Source of the DNA: Geosiphon pyriformis uo1
Lineage: Eukaryota > Fungi > Glomeromycota
Assembly (NCBI GenBank): GCA_016748015.1
Contig: JAAOMT010000503.1
Location: 856,305 to 920,304 of the forward strand
DNA: 64,000 bases
Reading direction: 5' to 3'
Of the stretch, positions 1-13,578 are shown piece by piece. Every line of letters begins with the position of its first letter. The stretch's first letter is position 1. A program made the position numbers and the translations under genes. The notes below the pieces were generated by a model. It did not search any database and was not told the DNA's origin. It worked only from the letters and a program-made list of their open reading frames with translations.

Positions 1-583
1 CTTTTAAACATCTGTGTTGACAAATCAAATTTTGATGAACAAATTTGGCAACAGATTCTGCATCTGCTCTTTGAATGGTTTTTGCTTCTGGTTATTTAGT
101 GAGATAGTCCATAGCTAGTGCAATATATCTGTTGCCTCTACTGGTAATTGTTAATGGTCTGACTAAGTCAATTCCAATGTAATCAAATGGTTGTCTTACT
201 TTGATTGGTCTTAATGGTTCACTGGGTTTTGTTCCACCTCTTCTCTAATAAGCATCACAATTTTGAACATATTGGATGATGTCTGGATACATTGATGGCC
301 AATAGTATCTTTTTCTGGTTTTTTCTATAGTTGTTTCTTTATGAAAATGTCCTACTGTTGGATTTGAGTGCATGTTGAATAATATTGTCTCTTTTTCTGG
401 TTCTGTAATTACTCTGGTTGGTTAATTTGAATTTTCTTTGTTCTTTTGGTAAAGTATATTTTAATGGTTGATAAAATATTTTGATTGTTGTTTTATGTTG
501 TTTTGTTCCTTTTGAGATAATTTCTCCTTGAACAATTGAGTATTTATATAATGTTGGAGTTGTTGGTATTTTTGTATATTTAT
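1..583 (-). pseudogene. Integrase ORF of copy A, N-terminal part (HHCC zinc finger and start of core); truncated by window edge
   Basis: Reverse translation gives ILFNMHSNPTVGHFHKETT..RYYWPSMYPDIIQYVQNCDAY and IGIDLV. The start codon has decayed to ATA at 581-583. Confidence 0.85.
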
Positions 584-616
584 GTTTTGTTATATTTTTG
601 GGTTGAAATGTTTTTT

Positions 617-3600
617 TTAGATTTGTTTTATTTACAACAAACCATCAGTATTTCTATTGTCTTTTTTTTTTATAATATACTGTATAACTGAATAGTGAAA
701 ATTTTATTTTCCATCTGGTATGGCAATTGTCTCCAAATTCTTGCTTCTAAATTGAAGTCAATCTTTTGTAATTAGTGTACACATTAAACTTTTGACTCAA
801 GTATTCTTTCCACTTAATAACAGCTCAATAGATAGCTAAGTGTTCTAGTGTTAAAGTATTATAGTTCTTTTCTGCTGGACTTAAGCTTCTACTGGCATAA
901 GCTACTGGATGTTCTCTTCTATCTGGTCTTTTCTGTGATAGTACTGCTTCCAATGCCTGGCTTGATGTATTGGTAGTGATAATAAATGGTTTGTTGTGAT
1001 TTGAATACATTAACACTAGAGCTTGAATAAGCTTTCTTCTTAGTGTGTTGAATGTTTCTTGTTGAGCTTCTGTCTATTTATATTTTACATTCTTAGTTTG
1101 TAAGTAATAAAGTGGCTGGGCCAGTTTAGAAAAGTCTTTGATGAAATAGCAATAATATCCAGCAAATCTCAAAAATACTCTCAGTTTCGTCAAGTTGGTT
1201 GGTACTGAAAAGTTTTTTACTATTGCAATTTTATCTGAATTCGTTTTAATGTCATCTTTGCTTACAACATATCCCAAAAATTTCAACTTTGTTTTGCCAA
1301 AAAAACACTTAGTCACATTTAATTTCAATCCTGTTCTTCTTAATCTTTCAAACACTTGTTGGAAATAATACAGATGATTATCAAATGTCTCTAAAAACAC
1401 ATTGGTGTTATCTAAGTAAACAACTACTGATTTCCACAGTAATCCAGTATAGACAATTTCCATGAGCCATTAAAATGTTGCTGGAGCATTCATCAAGCCA
1501 AATGGCATTACTTTAAATTCAAAATTTCCTTTCTGAGTTGTGAAAGCTGTTTTCTCCTTGTTTTCTGGTTTTATGGCTACTTGCCAGTAACTACTGTCTA
1601 AGTCTAATGTTGAAAACCATTTCTTTCCTCCAAAAGCATCAAACAGCTCTTGGATCTTTGGCATTGGATAGCTATCTCTTTTGGTTACCCCATTCAACTT
1701 CCAGTAATCTACACAAAAGTGAATTTTCCCATTCTTCTTTCAGACTAGTACTACTGGTGATGACCATGGACTCATTGATGGCTGAATTTGTCAAGCATCC
1801 GATTGATTTCTTGATGAATGATCTTATAGCTAGCTAGTGGTATTCTGTATGCTCTCTGTTTAATTAGCATTGCATCTCCAGTCTTGATTTGATGTTGGAT
1901 GATATCAGTTCTGCCAAATTTGTTTTCACTGGCAAAAATGTTATTGAAATTGTTGAGTAACATTTTGAGCTGCATATATTGTAATGGATCTAAGTTCTTT
2001 ATGTTTATTTGTTTTAATTGTTTTGATTGAAACAAATAACATTCTTCTCATCCATATATGGTTTGAGATGTGATATCCACATATCCACAAAGTTGTGAAA
2101 AGTCTGGAATGGTGTCTGAGAATTGGTCTTCAATTTCTGTGGTTAAGTATCCAATGGTGGTTCCTTCTGGTATCTTGATAATGTCTCCCGTCTTGTTGTA
2201 AATAGGAATTTTGATGTGGCTGTGGTTTTTGGCTGGTATGTGTAAATTGACTAATCCGATCTTTTCTGATTCACAAAGTGTTGCTTTTGCTTCAAAAATC
2301 TGTATCTGATCTTTTACTTTTCTTTTTATAACTACCATGTACTGGTCTTATGGTGGAATAGAAATTGGTTGATGGGTGGAGATAATTTCTTCCTTGTCAA
2401 TAATTTTTTTCTCTGTCATATTAACCAATACATCTATTTTATCTGTGGATCCAAATCTCTGTATCCCTTTAGCTGTGATCCCTAATTTTTTCCTGTTTCC
2501 CACTGATACTAATTGAGCTATTTTAACCAGAAGCAGAAATATTATCTGTATTATTTTTTCATTTGGATCTATAATATATGCCTTTTTTGAGTCATTTTGT
2601 AGCATTGCAATGATATTTCTTACATATTCTGCATCAATTATTCCTCCTCTGATGTTGATTTCTTTTTTGGCTAAGCTATTCCTAGATGCTAACTGAATCA
2701 TTGTTGTTGCTGGAATTTCCAGTGCTATTTTGAGATCAATGCAGATATGCAAATGGGGTTCTAATTTGATGAGATTTTTTTCCTGATATCTCAAATCAAA
2801 CTCTGTATTGGTATTATACATGTGTTCTGACATAATACCTTCATTATTATCACTGAACCATTTAAGTTTCTGTTCTTTGGTGAGATCAAGAAATGTGATG
2901 TATGTTTTGGGGTTTGAATCAGAGTTCAAATTGCTATATTTTCTATTGCCATATTGAGCAGAGCTAGAACCATTGTTTTTGTTATCATTATTGTCCGAGT
3001 TTAAATCGGGATTGAAAGTTGATTCCGATTCTGATGTACAACTGCTGATTGGTTTCTTCTCTTCTGGAATTGTGTAGATTATGCAGATTGGTAAATTGTA
3101 AATAAGATCACACTCATTCTAATATTAAAAGTCACATGAGATTAAACAATGATCACATAGTTTTGTATTTATTTCTTTCAACCATTGCTTTTATTCTTCT
3201 CTAGTGGGTGCTAATTTCTGGTAGTGTTTATAGAATTGTTCTGGATCCAAGAGGTTTATGACTGGTTCTGGGTCCCAGTCAAGTTCTATGAACTTGAAAG
3301 AGTTATTTTTGATTGTTCTTATTTCTTCTGATGACACTCCTTCAATTTTGGCAAGAGCCATTTGCCAAATTTTGTCATCATCGTGTAGACATCTGTTCAA
3401 GCATTTGACTGTTTGTTTTCAAACAACATCTATGGGCATTCTTTTTCTTATCCAGTCGCTTATAAGAATCATGTACTGATATGATTCATCACATGCTTTT
3501 CCTCTCCCAGGAATGTTATTCCACATTTTTTCATCAAAAAGAGTTTCACCACAAGCCAAACATGGCTCATTATCACATTTTCCAACTTGTTTTGGTCTTC

Positions 3601-6600
3601 CAAAGCATTCAATGATGCATGGGCAGCAATAAAATTTAGTTGTCATTAGGTATTCTTCATTGTCACCACAACATGTGCCCATTGATGATAATTTCTTGTC
3701 ACAATTAATGCATATGAGCTTTGGTTGATGATAATGTGATTGTGGTGGTTAAGAGTAAGTATATAAGATATATGTTGGAATAGTGATTGGTTCTGGTTCT
3801 TTTTCTTTCTCTTTTCTCTTCTCTTCTCAAGTCCAAATTGGTGTTTGCTTGCTTTGACTATTACTGTTCCAATAATTTTGGTTGGTTTCCCCAGTAAGTT
3901 CTTCTTCTCTTCTTTTTTTTCTTTTGTCATTCCATAATAGTATAAGCAGTAGTTTGTTGTGTTCCATGTCAACTCAGAAAACTTGGTAGACTTCCCAGGT
4001 AGGTTTTTTTTCCTTTTTTTTGAACTTGATGAGTAGAGCTGATGTCGTGTTGATAGATTTGAAGTGGCCACATGTGGCTGGTACATGTAGGTGTCAACTG
4101 TTTTGACTAATCTGAAGCTTTTGAGTGTTTTAATTGAGTATTGCATTGGCTTTGAACAGCCAGTTATTACCAACAAGTGCTTAATATTGAATAGCCTCCA
4201 TAACTAATGCTTTGATTGGTACAATAATGCCATTGATCTCTATAGAAAGATCATTAATCTCACCAATTGGAGTTTTGGTTGCTCCATCAGCAGTAATTAT
4301 GCATGTGCTGGCAGTATAATCAACTTGGCAACCTAATTAGTTCATGAGTTGTTATGTAATAATGCTGCCAGCTGATCTACTGTCTAGGATCAGTTTGATG
4401 GCATGACTATCAACTTTTACATCAGTGTACATGGCAGTAATCAGTTTGGTGTCAAGAGCAGTCTTACTAAATAATGGGACTGATGTGATTTTCTTGAGTT
4501 TGAAAGAAAAAATAGCTCCTAGGAATTTGTCATTGAAGATGGTTGCTAGTAGAATATTGTTGATAAGTGGCTGCTTCTGTTTGGGTTCCCAATTGTTAGG
4601 TGAGACATCTTTTGGAGTAATCAGAAGACTTAAATACTGTTGGGCATTTGGGTTTTGGGTGTACTCAGTGCCCAAATTCTGTTGTCGAGATCCTGATAGC
4701 TGGTTTGAGGAACTGGAGATCAGTTGATGGACTATTATTGATGATCTCCAGCTTTGTTGTATCAGTTTTGGCTTTTGGGTTTTATTTTGAGGTAAGTTTT
4801 GTAGTGGTGTTTGAATTTGTTGGGGTTGATAGATTACTTGAGGCTACGGCTGATAGATAGGCTAGAACTGCAGTTGATAAATTACTGGTGTTGTCAGCTG
4901 ATAAACTGGTGGTTAATAGATTGGCTGTTGTGTCATAAGTAGGTAATTCAGTTGATATAGTTTTGGGTTTGATTGATAATTCGGAGTCTGAAACCTGCAA
5001 TCAGAGTTTTGATATTGATTTCCCAATCATTGGTTATCTAGTCTTAACCTACAGTCAATTTTCAAATGTCTTTGTTTATCACAGTAGTGTTTCTTGCTGT
5101 CACATCTGATTGGTCAAAGATAATAGATGTGACTGATTTAGTGGGCGATTTATGCTTCCAGAATTATTATGTTATTGAAGTAGCTGATAAATTGTGCAAT
5201 TGTCAGTTAAGTATTTTTCCAATTTCTGATTAATTAAATCACTAAACTGTTTCAATTTGGAATCCAAGTTAGATAATCTATTCATGACCAGATTAATGAC
5301 TTGGGCATGGTTTGCTTCAAGTTTTGCTGATTCAAAATCTTTCACATTGATAACAGCATCCTGGAGAGTTTGTGGGTGTATTGGACATATGCATTGGAGA
5401 AAACTACTGTGCAGTCCATAAATGAACTGGTTTAGAATCTGTGGCATTGTAAAATAGCCAGCTTGGATTGCTTAAATTTGGTGCAAATTTCTGTGGAAAC
5501 ATTTCAAGTAAGTAGTAACTGCTTCAGTTTTTCCCTGTTTAATTGTGGTAAAAGTGTTGGCTAGGCAATTAATACTGTTATTATTACTGAAATATTCCAA
5601 GAATGCAACCCTGAATTCCTAGAATGTTTGAGATTTGGCAGCTAAACTTTGATACCACAAGTTGGTAGTATCTTGGAAAAAGTATGGAATTGCTTGGAGA
5701 GCTCTGTTGTTATCTTAGTTATTCATTGTGATTACTTTGGTAATGTTATTAATCCATGCCTGGGTGTTGTCTTCTTTGCTGGTAAATCTTTTTAATTTTG
5801 TGATTGGTGCAAATGCCATGAATTGTTGTTGCTGTTGTTGAAGTAGTGGTTGTGGCTGTTGTAGCGGCTGTTGTAGTTGTTGGAGTGTTGAAATGGCTGC
5901 TATTGAATCGGTTTAATAATTAGTTCAATTGGTGATTAATCGATGACAATTATTGGGAGTAAGTGTTGTTGATTATTAATGTCGGGATTTTGATCGTTCC
6001 GATTTTGCTGAGTTTGAAAATTCAGAGATTTGACTTCTGGATTTTCTAAATTTGGATCTTTAATGTTTGGGTTTTCTGAAATTGGGTTCTAATAAGTAAA
6101 TTCTTAATCTTCGGCTTTTTTTTCTTCCTTTTCTTCTGATTTTGTTATTTTCCAGAAACTCGCATTTCCGAAATCAGGTTGAGATAATAGTAATTGGAAT
6201 CCTAATGGTATTGGCAATCGTAATTTAAATTCTTCAAAATAATCGCCATAAGTTCCTAGTAATTCTGCTTTCTTTTGTTTACTTTGAAATGGGAGTCATT
6301 CAAATGTTAATGTCGCATGTGATGTGGATGTGCCTGTTAATAAGATGTTAATAGCGCTTTTGGGTGTATAGTGATATGATGAGTTTGTTGGTGATTCAAC
6401 TCTGGTTTTCTTCCAAGTGGGTGGTTGTATTTGTTTTGGTATTACTGCTGGTGTTTGCAATCTTCTTTTGCTTTTGTTTGCATAGGTGATAGGGAATTGT
6501 TGTTGTGTGTATCTTTAAATAGTTTAATTGATTTCCCTGATGATTGGTGTAAAACTGTAGTTTCTTGGTAAGTTGGTGTGTTAAAATAATTCTATATAAA

Positions 6601-6790
6601 AGTTTTCTTTTGTAGATTTAATGTTAACTGTTCCTCCTAAGCAGTCTGTGATTTTATCGTTGACATAGAAGTTAAAGGCTAATTCTGCTGGAAAGTGGTT
6701 ATTGTTTAATCCTAATTGTTGACTATACTATTAAAACAAAGATTTGGCGAATCCTAAATGGTTTGTTCTTATGATTTCTGATTCTGCCAC
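617..6790 (-). pseudogene. Gag-PR-Cys domain-dUTPase-RT-RNase H polyprotein of copy A (disrupted)
   Basis: ORF-track fragments 5172-5447 (gag), 4352-4675 (protease), 3191-3682 (Cys-rich), 2348-2929 (dUTPase), 1074-2035 (RT) and 825-1016 (RNase H) are colinear with copies B, C and D. Confidence 0.9.
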
Positions 6791-6833
6791 TTTTGAATGA
6801 TTGTTGTTGGTGCTGGTTCTTTGTAGAATTATA

Positions 6834-6850
6834 CTTCACAGAGAGCACCA
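6834..6850 (-). promoter_or_regulatory. Primer-binding site of copy A (TGGTGCTCTCTGTGAAG)
   Basis: Begins with TGG, 2 nt after the LTR end; the same motif is present in copies C and D. Confidence 0.85.
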
Positions 6851-6852
6851 AA

Positions 6853-7718
6853 TGTTACAGATATTTATTTGGAGTCTCAAAGCCAATAACAAATCCATAA
6901 CTTGGTGCTTAATTAGTATTCTGGTGTTGATCTCTGAAGATTTGATTGATCTGAAGGTTTTGTTGCAGAGTTCTTTGTATAATAGATAGAGATTTAATAG
7001 TTGTTTTAGTAGCTTCCCAGAATTGCAATTCCATTAAATTTCTTTCTCAGCATGATGGCCAGTAATTCTCCTGGTAAGCTATTCTTAAATTTATAAGTGT
7101 TCTACTCTTGTTTTATAGGTCTTTAACCAGTTCCTATGACATCTGTAACTCAGCACTTTAATTCTTAATCAATTAGTCAACCAACAAGAAATACAAAAGA
7201 AATAAAGAAATAAAAAAAGATAAAGAAATAAACAAAAGCAATTGCAAGTTAGTATCCCATCAATAACCATGATCAAGAGCTATTGTTCCTATGTGGTTAA
7301 GTATCAATTACTATCAACATGAAGTGTTAATAGTGGAGAGTAGATTGAAATAGTAAATAATTATTTATTAATATTTGTGAATGGAAGGTTGCTTAGATCA
7401 GATCTAAACTGAGAGATCTCTAACTAAAAAGAATTTTGTTTTTTTTTTCCTTCTAATATTACTGCTATATATACATAATTGAGATTCTTCGATTCCTTAA
7501 TTCCTCACACCAGGAATCCTGGAATTCCTGAAATTCTGCAATTTTTCTTGAGAGAAATTCTGGAATTCTAAAATCCTGCGATTTTTTATACAAGAATTTT
7601 GAAATTCCTGGAATTCTGCAATTCCTCTTGAGAAGAATTCTAGAATTCCACATTTACTATGGTTATTTCTGATTGGCTAATTATGTTAATATATATTTCT
7701 TATATTCTATGAGTAATA
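6853..7718 (-). repeat. 5' LTR of copy A (~866 bp)
   Basis: Minus-strand termini TATTACTC (decayed TG) and CTGTAACA; homologous to the LTRs at 24244-25091, 40949-41800 and 51208-52061. Confidence 0.92.
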
Positions 7719-10700
7719 ATGCCCAAAACCCAAATTCCTAACACTATTTAAGTCTCTTGGTTACCCCAGAAGATGCCCAATTCAATAACCCAGAAACCAA
7801 CCAACAAGCAACACTTACCAGCAACATTCTACCAGCAACCATTACCGAAAATGAATCACTGGATGCCATCTTTCTGTTTGAATTCGAGGAACTGTTAACC
7901 ATGCTATTGTTTAATAAAGCCACTCTTAAAGAAAAACCTATCACCACCATGTACACTGATGTTAAAGTTGATGGCCACTCTATTAAACTAATCCTAAACA
8001 GTGGATCAGCTAACAGCATCATCACAAGACAACTTATGGACCAATTAGGTCACTAAGTTGATTGAGCTGCCAGCACATGAATCATTACAGCTAATGGAGC
8101 AACCAAAACTCCAATTGGCAAGATTAAAGACTTCTCTATAGAAGTCAATGGGATTATCATGTTAATCAAGGTATTAGTCATGAAAACCACTCAATATCAA
8201 GCACTTGTTGGCAATAACTGGCTGTCCAAAACCAACGTAACACTTGATTGAAACATACAGAAGCTTTAACTTAGCCAGAATGGTTGACACACACGTGTAC
8301 CAGCCATGTGTGGTCATTCAAGACTACTAATATGCCAGCACCACTCATCAAGCTCAAGAAAGAAGAAAAAAAACCTACCTAAGAAGCCTATCAAGTGTTC
8401 TGGGCTGAAAAAGACCACAATGAGCTACCATCAATACTTTTCTGGAATGACAATGGAAAGGGAAAACAAAAAAAAAAACTTACTTGAAATGCCAATTAAA
8501 CCTGAAGAATTGACAATAACCTAAACAACTCATCAACTTGGGAGTAAGAAGAAACTGACAAAGGAAAGGGAAAAGAAAAAAAAAAAAAAACAATACCTAC
8601 CAGCACCACTTATAATTATTATACCCATATTACACTACAACAATCTACCTATTGTCAATCAAAGCTCATATGTATCAATTGCAGTAAGAAATTGTTGTCA
8701 ATAGGTGCATGCTGTAGTGACAATGAGAAATACCAAATGACAACCAAGTTTTACTGTTACCTATGCATTATAGAACACTTCGGATGACCAAAATAACAGA
8801 AAAAGTGAAACAATAAACCATGTCTTATATGTGGAACTATTTTGCCTGACAAAAGAATGTAGAATAACATTCCTGAATGAGAAAGAATGTGCGATGAAAT
8901 ATGTCAATATATGATCCTAATCAACAACTGGATATGCAAGGAAACACCAATTGATAACACTTGGAAACAAGTATTGCGACAATTGAAAAAATATTTTCAT
9001 GATAAACATGAACTCTGGAGAATGGCAAGTGTGAAAGCAGAAGATACGACAACCAGTGAACTACTAGAAATCAAAAACAACCCCTTATCTCTTCCTGAAC
9101 CTGAATATGTCCAAACATTTGACATCTTTGGCAACATTGAGGACAATCTGGAAGAATTCCATGAACACTACCAGTGATTAGCACTCACTAGAGAAGAACA
9201 AGAGCAGCATTTGGAGCAGTTGAATACTCAATTATGTCAATATTGTTTAATTCCTTGTAACTTCCAATATTGTAATGAGTGTGATCTTATTTACAATTCA
9301 CCACCATGCATAATTTACATAATCCTGGAAGAAAAAGAACCAATTAACAACTGTGCATCAGAATCAGAATCAACTTTCAATTCTGATTCAAACTCTGACA
9401 ACAACAATGATAACAAAAACAACAGTTCCAGTTCCATTCAACATAGCAATGAAAATTATGATGATTCAAACTTTGATTCAAACCCCAAAACATATATCGC
9501 ACTCCCTGATCTCACTAAGAAACAGGAACTGAAATGGTTTAGTGATAATAATGAAAGTATTATGCCATAATGTGTGTATAATACTGATGCAAAGTTTGAT
9601 CTGAGATATCCAGGAAAAGATCCCATCAAATTGGAACTCCATTCATGTACCTACATTGATCTCAAAATAGCACTAGAAATTCTAGCAACAACAATGGTTC
9701 AGTTAATATTTAGAAGTAGCTTAGCCAAAAAGAAAATCAACATCAGGAGAGGAATAATTAATGCAGAATATATAGAAAATATTATTGCTATGCTACAAAA
9801 TAACTCAGAAAAGACATATATTATAGATCCAAATAAAAAGATAGCACAGGCAATATTTCTGTTTCTGGTTAAAATAGCTTAGCTAGTATTAGTAGGAAAC
9901 AGAAAAAAATTAAGGATAACAGCAAGAGAGATACAAAGATTCAAATCAACAAGTAGAATAGATGTATTAGTTAATATGACAGAAAAAGAGGTTATTGACA
10001 AGAGAAAAATTATCTCCACCCATCAATTAATTTCCATTCTACCATATAATCAGTACATGGTAGTTATAGAGAAAAAAGTAAAGGATCAAATTCAGATTTT
10101 TGAGGCAGAAGCAAAACTTTGTAAATTAAGAAAGATTGGATTAGTCAATTTACACATACCAGCCAAGAATTACAGTCACATTAAAATCCCTATTTACAAC
10201 AACATGGGAGACATCATTAAAATACCAAAAGAGACTACCATTGGATATTTAACCACTGAAATTGAAAAACAACTACTGAATCCCATTCCAAACTTTCCAC
10301 AGTTGTGTGGATATGTAGATATTACTTCACAAACTATCTATGGACGAGAATAATGTTATCTACTCCAACCAAAACAATTGGAGCAGATGAACTTGAGAAA
10401 CTTAGACCCACTTTAATAGATGCAACTCAAAATGTTACTCAACAATTTCAATAACATCTTTGTCAGTGAAAATAAATTTGGCAGAACCAATATAATTCAG
10501 CACCAGATCAAGACTGGAGATGCAATGCCAATAAAACAAAGAGCATATAGAGTACCACCAGCCAGTCATGAGATCATTTGTCAAGAAATTAACCAAATGC
10601 TTGACAATGGGCTAATTCAGCCATCAATGAGCCCATGGTTATTACCAGTGATACTAGTCTGGAAGAAAAATGGAAAGATCTATTTTTGTGTGAATTATTG

Positions 10701-11786
10701 GAAATTGAATGAAGTAACTAAAGGTGATAGCTATTCAACTCCAAAGATCCAAGAACTGTTTGATGCTTTCAAAGGAAAAAAATGGTTCTCAATGTTAGAC
10801 TTAGACAGTGGTTACTGGCAAGTAGCCATAAAACCAAAAAACAAAGAAAAAATGGCTTTTACAATGTAAGAGGGAAATTTCGAATTTGAAGTAATACCAT
10901 TTGGATTGATGAATGCTCCAGCCATTTTTCAGCAACTTATGAAAATTGTCTATACTGAACTATTATAGAAATCAGTAGTCATATACTTGGATGACATTAA
11001 TGTATTCTCAAAGACATTTGATGATCATTTACATCATCTCCAACAAATATTTGAAAGACTCAGATGAGTAGGATTGAAACTAAATGCCAACAAATGCTTT
11101 TTTGGAAAAACAGAACTCAAGTTTTTAAGACATGTTGTAAGCAAAAATAGTATCAAAATGGATCCAGATAAGATTGTAATAGTAAAGAACTTTTCAGTAC
11201 CAACTAACTTGACAGAACTAAGAGCATTCTTGGGATTTACTGGATATTATTGCCATTTTATTAAGAACTTTTCTAAACTGGCTCAGCCACTCCATCATTT
11301 ACAAACTAAGAATGTAAAGTATGAATAGACAGAAGCTCAACAAAAAGTGTTTGACACACTGAGAAGAAAGCTTATTCAAGCTTCAGTGTTGATGTATCCA
11401 GATTACAACAAATCATTCATCATCACCACTGATGCATCAGGCCAAATATTGGGAGCAGTACTATTGCAAAAAAGACCAAATAGAAGAGAACATCCAGTAG
11501 CTTACACCAATAAAAGCTTAAGTCCAGCAGAAAAGAACTATGGAACTCCAGCACTGGAACACTTAGCTATCTATAGGGCTGTTATCAAATAGAAAAAATA
11601 CTTAAGTCAAAAATTTAATATGTACACTAATCACAAAGGATTGACTTCAATCCAAAAAAAAAATTTGTAGATGATTGTCATGCCAGATGGAAAATAGAAC
11701 TATCACTATTTAATTATACAGTGTATTATAAAAAAGGAAAAAAAAACAGAAATGCTGACGGATTATCATGAATAAGACAAATCTAA
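7719..11786 (+). pseudogene. Pol portion of copy B (PR, Cys-rich domain, dUTPase, RT, RNase H), ending at conserved TAA 11784-11786
   Basis: ORF fragments 7757-8056, 8887-9882, 9976-10869 and 11074-11592; ends NADGLS*IRQI*. Confidence 0.9.
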
Positions 11787-11816
11787 AAACATTTCAACCC
11801 AAAAATATAACAAAAG

Positions 11817-13578
11817 ATAAATATACAAAAATACTAACAACTCTAACATTATATAGATACCCAATTGTTCAAGAAAAAATTATCTTAAAAAGAACAAAAC
11901 AACATAAAACAGCAATTAAAACATTTTATCAATCACCAAAACATACTTTACTAGAAAAACAGAAAGAATTCAGATTAACCAACCAGAGTAATCACAGAAT
12001 CAGAAAAAGAGACAATATTGTTCAACATGCATTCAGATCCAACAGCAGAACATTTCCATAAAGAAGCAACAATAGAAAGAACCAGAAAAAAATACTATTA
12101 GTCATCAATATATTCAAATATCATCTAATATGTTCAAAATTATAATGTTTGTTAAAGAAAAAGAGGAACAAAACCCAGTGAACCATTGAGACCAATTAAA
12201 GTAAGACAACCATTTAATCATATCAGAATTGACTTAGTCAGACCATTAACAATCACCAGCAGAGGCAACAGATATATTGCAGTAGTCATGGATTATCTTA
12301 TAAAATGGCCAGAAACAAAAGCCATTTAAAGAGCAGATGCAAAATCTGTTGCCAAATTTGTTTATCAAGATTTGATATGTTGATACAGATGTTCAAAAGA
12401 ACTATTATCAGATCAAGAGACTCACTTTGTGAATAAAACATTTTCAGAATTAAGTCAAAAATTTGGAATAAAAAGATCATTATCATTACCATACTATTTA
12501 CAAACAAATGAGTTAATTAAAAAATTTAACAGAACATTATGTGAAGTCATTGCCAAAATCAGCCAAAAAAACCAGGACAAATAAGATTTGATTATACTAT
12601 CAATATTATTTGCTTATCAAACAATAAAGCAAGACACTGCACAAGCAACACTATTCAAATTAGTATACAATAGAACAGCAACATTACCAGTTGAGATAGA
12701 AGTTAAGACATATCCAACAGAACTAATAACAGAAAAAATTTTTCAAAGAACACTGTTGAGAAAAACATATGACTTAATGGAGACACTAGAAAACACATAA
12801 CAAAAAGCAGTTAATAACATCCAAAAGTCACAAGAAAAACAAAAAAAAAGACATGATAACCAACTATCAAAGAAATCAGTTGAATTCAAGATTGAAGACA
12901 AAGTACTTTTACATTATACCAAAGCAAAAAAACAATGGAGTAGAAAATTTGATCCCAAATGGGATGGATCATTTTACATAAAAAAAATTTTTGGAAATAG
13001 AGCTTATAAATTAAGGTTGAATAACAAAATCTTAACCAAAGCAGCACATGGTGATCGACTAAAACAATATTACCATTTAGCATCATTATCTACCAGTAAT
13101 ATTCCACAATTAGGAGTACAGAGAATACTAGTCAAACCAGATGAGATTCCATGAGATCTAGAACCAATTATAATCATAGAACCAAACATGCAAAATTAAA
13201 CAATCAAAAGAATATATAAAGACATAGTATATACAACAAAAGACAGTAGAAAAATGGAGATCACTAACAGCATTCACTCACTAGCACAACAACTTTTTCA
13301 ACTGATACAACAACAAGAAATGGAAATTACAATTAACCAACAAACTATCTGATACATGAACATCAGAAAAAGACCATAAGACAAAATACAAAGGAAAACA
13401 GAGAACATTGTGAACAAAATAATCACAAAAGTGAAATTGGCAATAGAAACACAACCAAAAGTCATCTAATATTAAGAATTGACTATAGAAACTTGGAATT
13501 GGTGGATATAACAATTTCCAAGAAACTTTTGTTACTTCTATTTGGGACAACACCTGAATATTCAAAACTTATATATGG
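11817..13578 (+). pseudogene. Integrase ORF plus start of 3' ORF of copy B (3' ORF continues 23921-24229)
   Basis: HHCC, core and WDGSF (GPF) motifs; start codon decayed to ATA at 11817; LEPIIII motif near 13160. Confidence 0.85.

Larger units (their letters stand above)
1..7718 (-). mobile_element. Ty3/Gypsy LTR retrotransposon copy A (family 1), decayed; 3' part (rest of integrase, 3' LTR) lies left of the window; inserted into element B
   Basis: Minus-strand order: LTR, PBS, gag (PQILNQFI..), protease (LILDSRSAGSII), Cys-rich domain, dUTPase, RT (LDLDSSYWQV, MPFGLMNAPATF, VYLDN), RNase H (HPVAYASRSL), integrase start. Many in-frame stops. Right flank (7719 on) resumes mid-gag/pol of B on the + strand. 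Confidence 0.95.

Noticed and set aside
6801-7653. Short ORFs in LTRs (6801-6989, 7465-7653, 13655-13906, 40933-41151, 51162-51494)
   Set aside because: They arise from repeat arrays or are antisense to LTR/PBS sequence, and their lengths and stops are not conserved between copies.
11768-12061. K/T-rich ORF spanning the RNase H-integrase junction (also 44759-45004) as a frameshift bridge
   Set aside because: It is in neither the RNase H nor the integrase frame, the spacer length differs in C and E, and it has no motifs; treated as a shadow frame.
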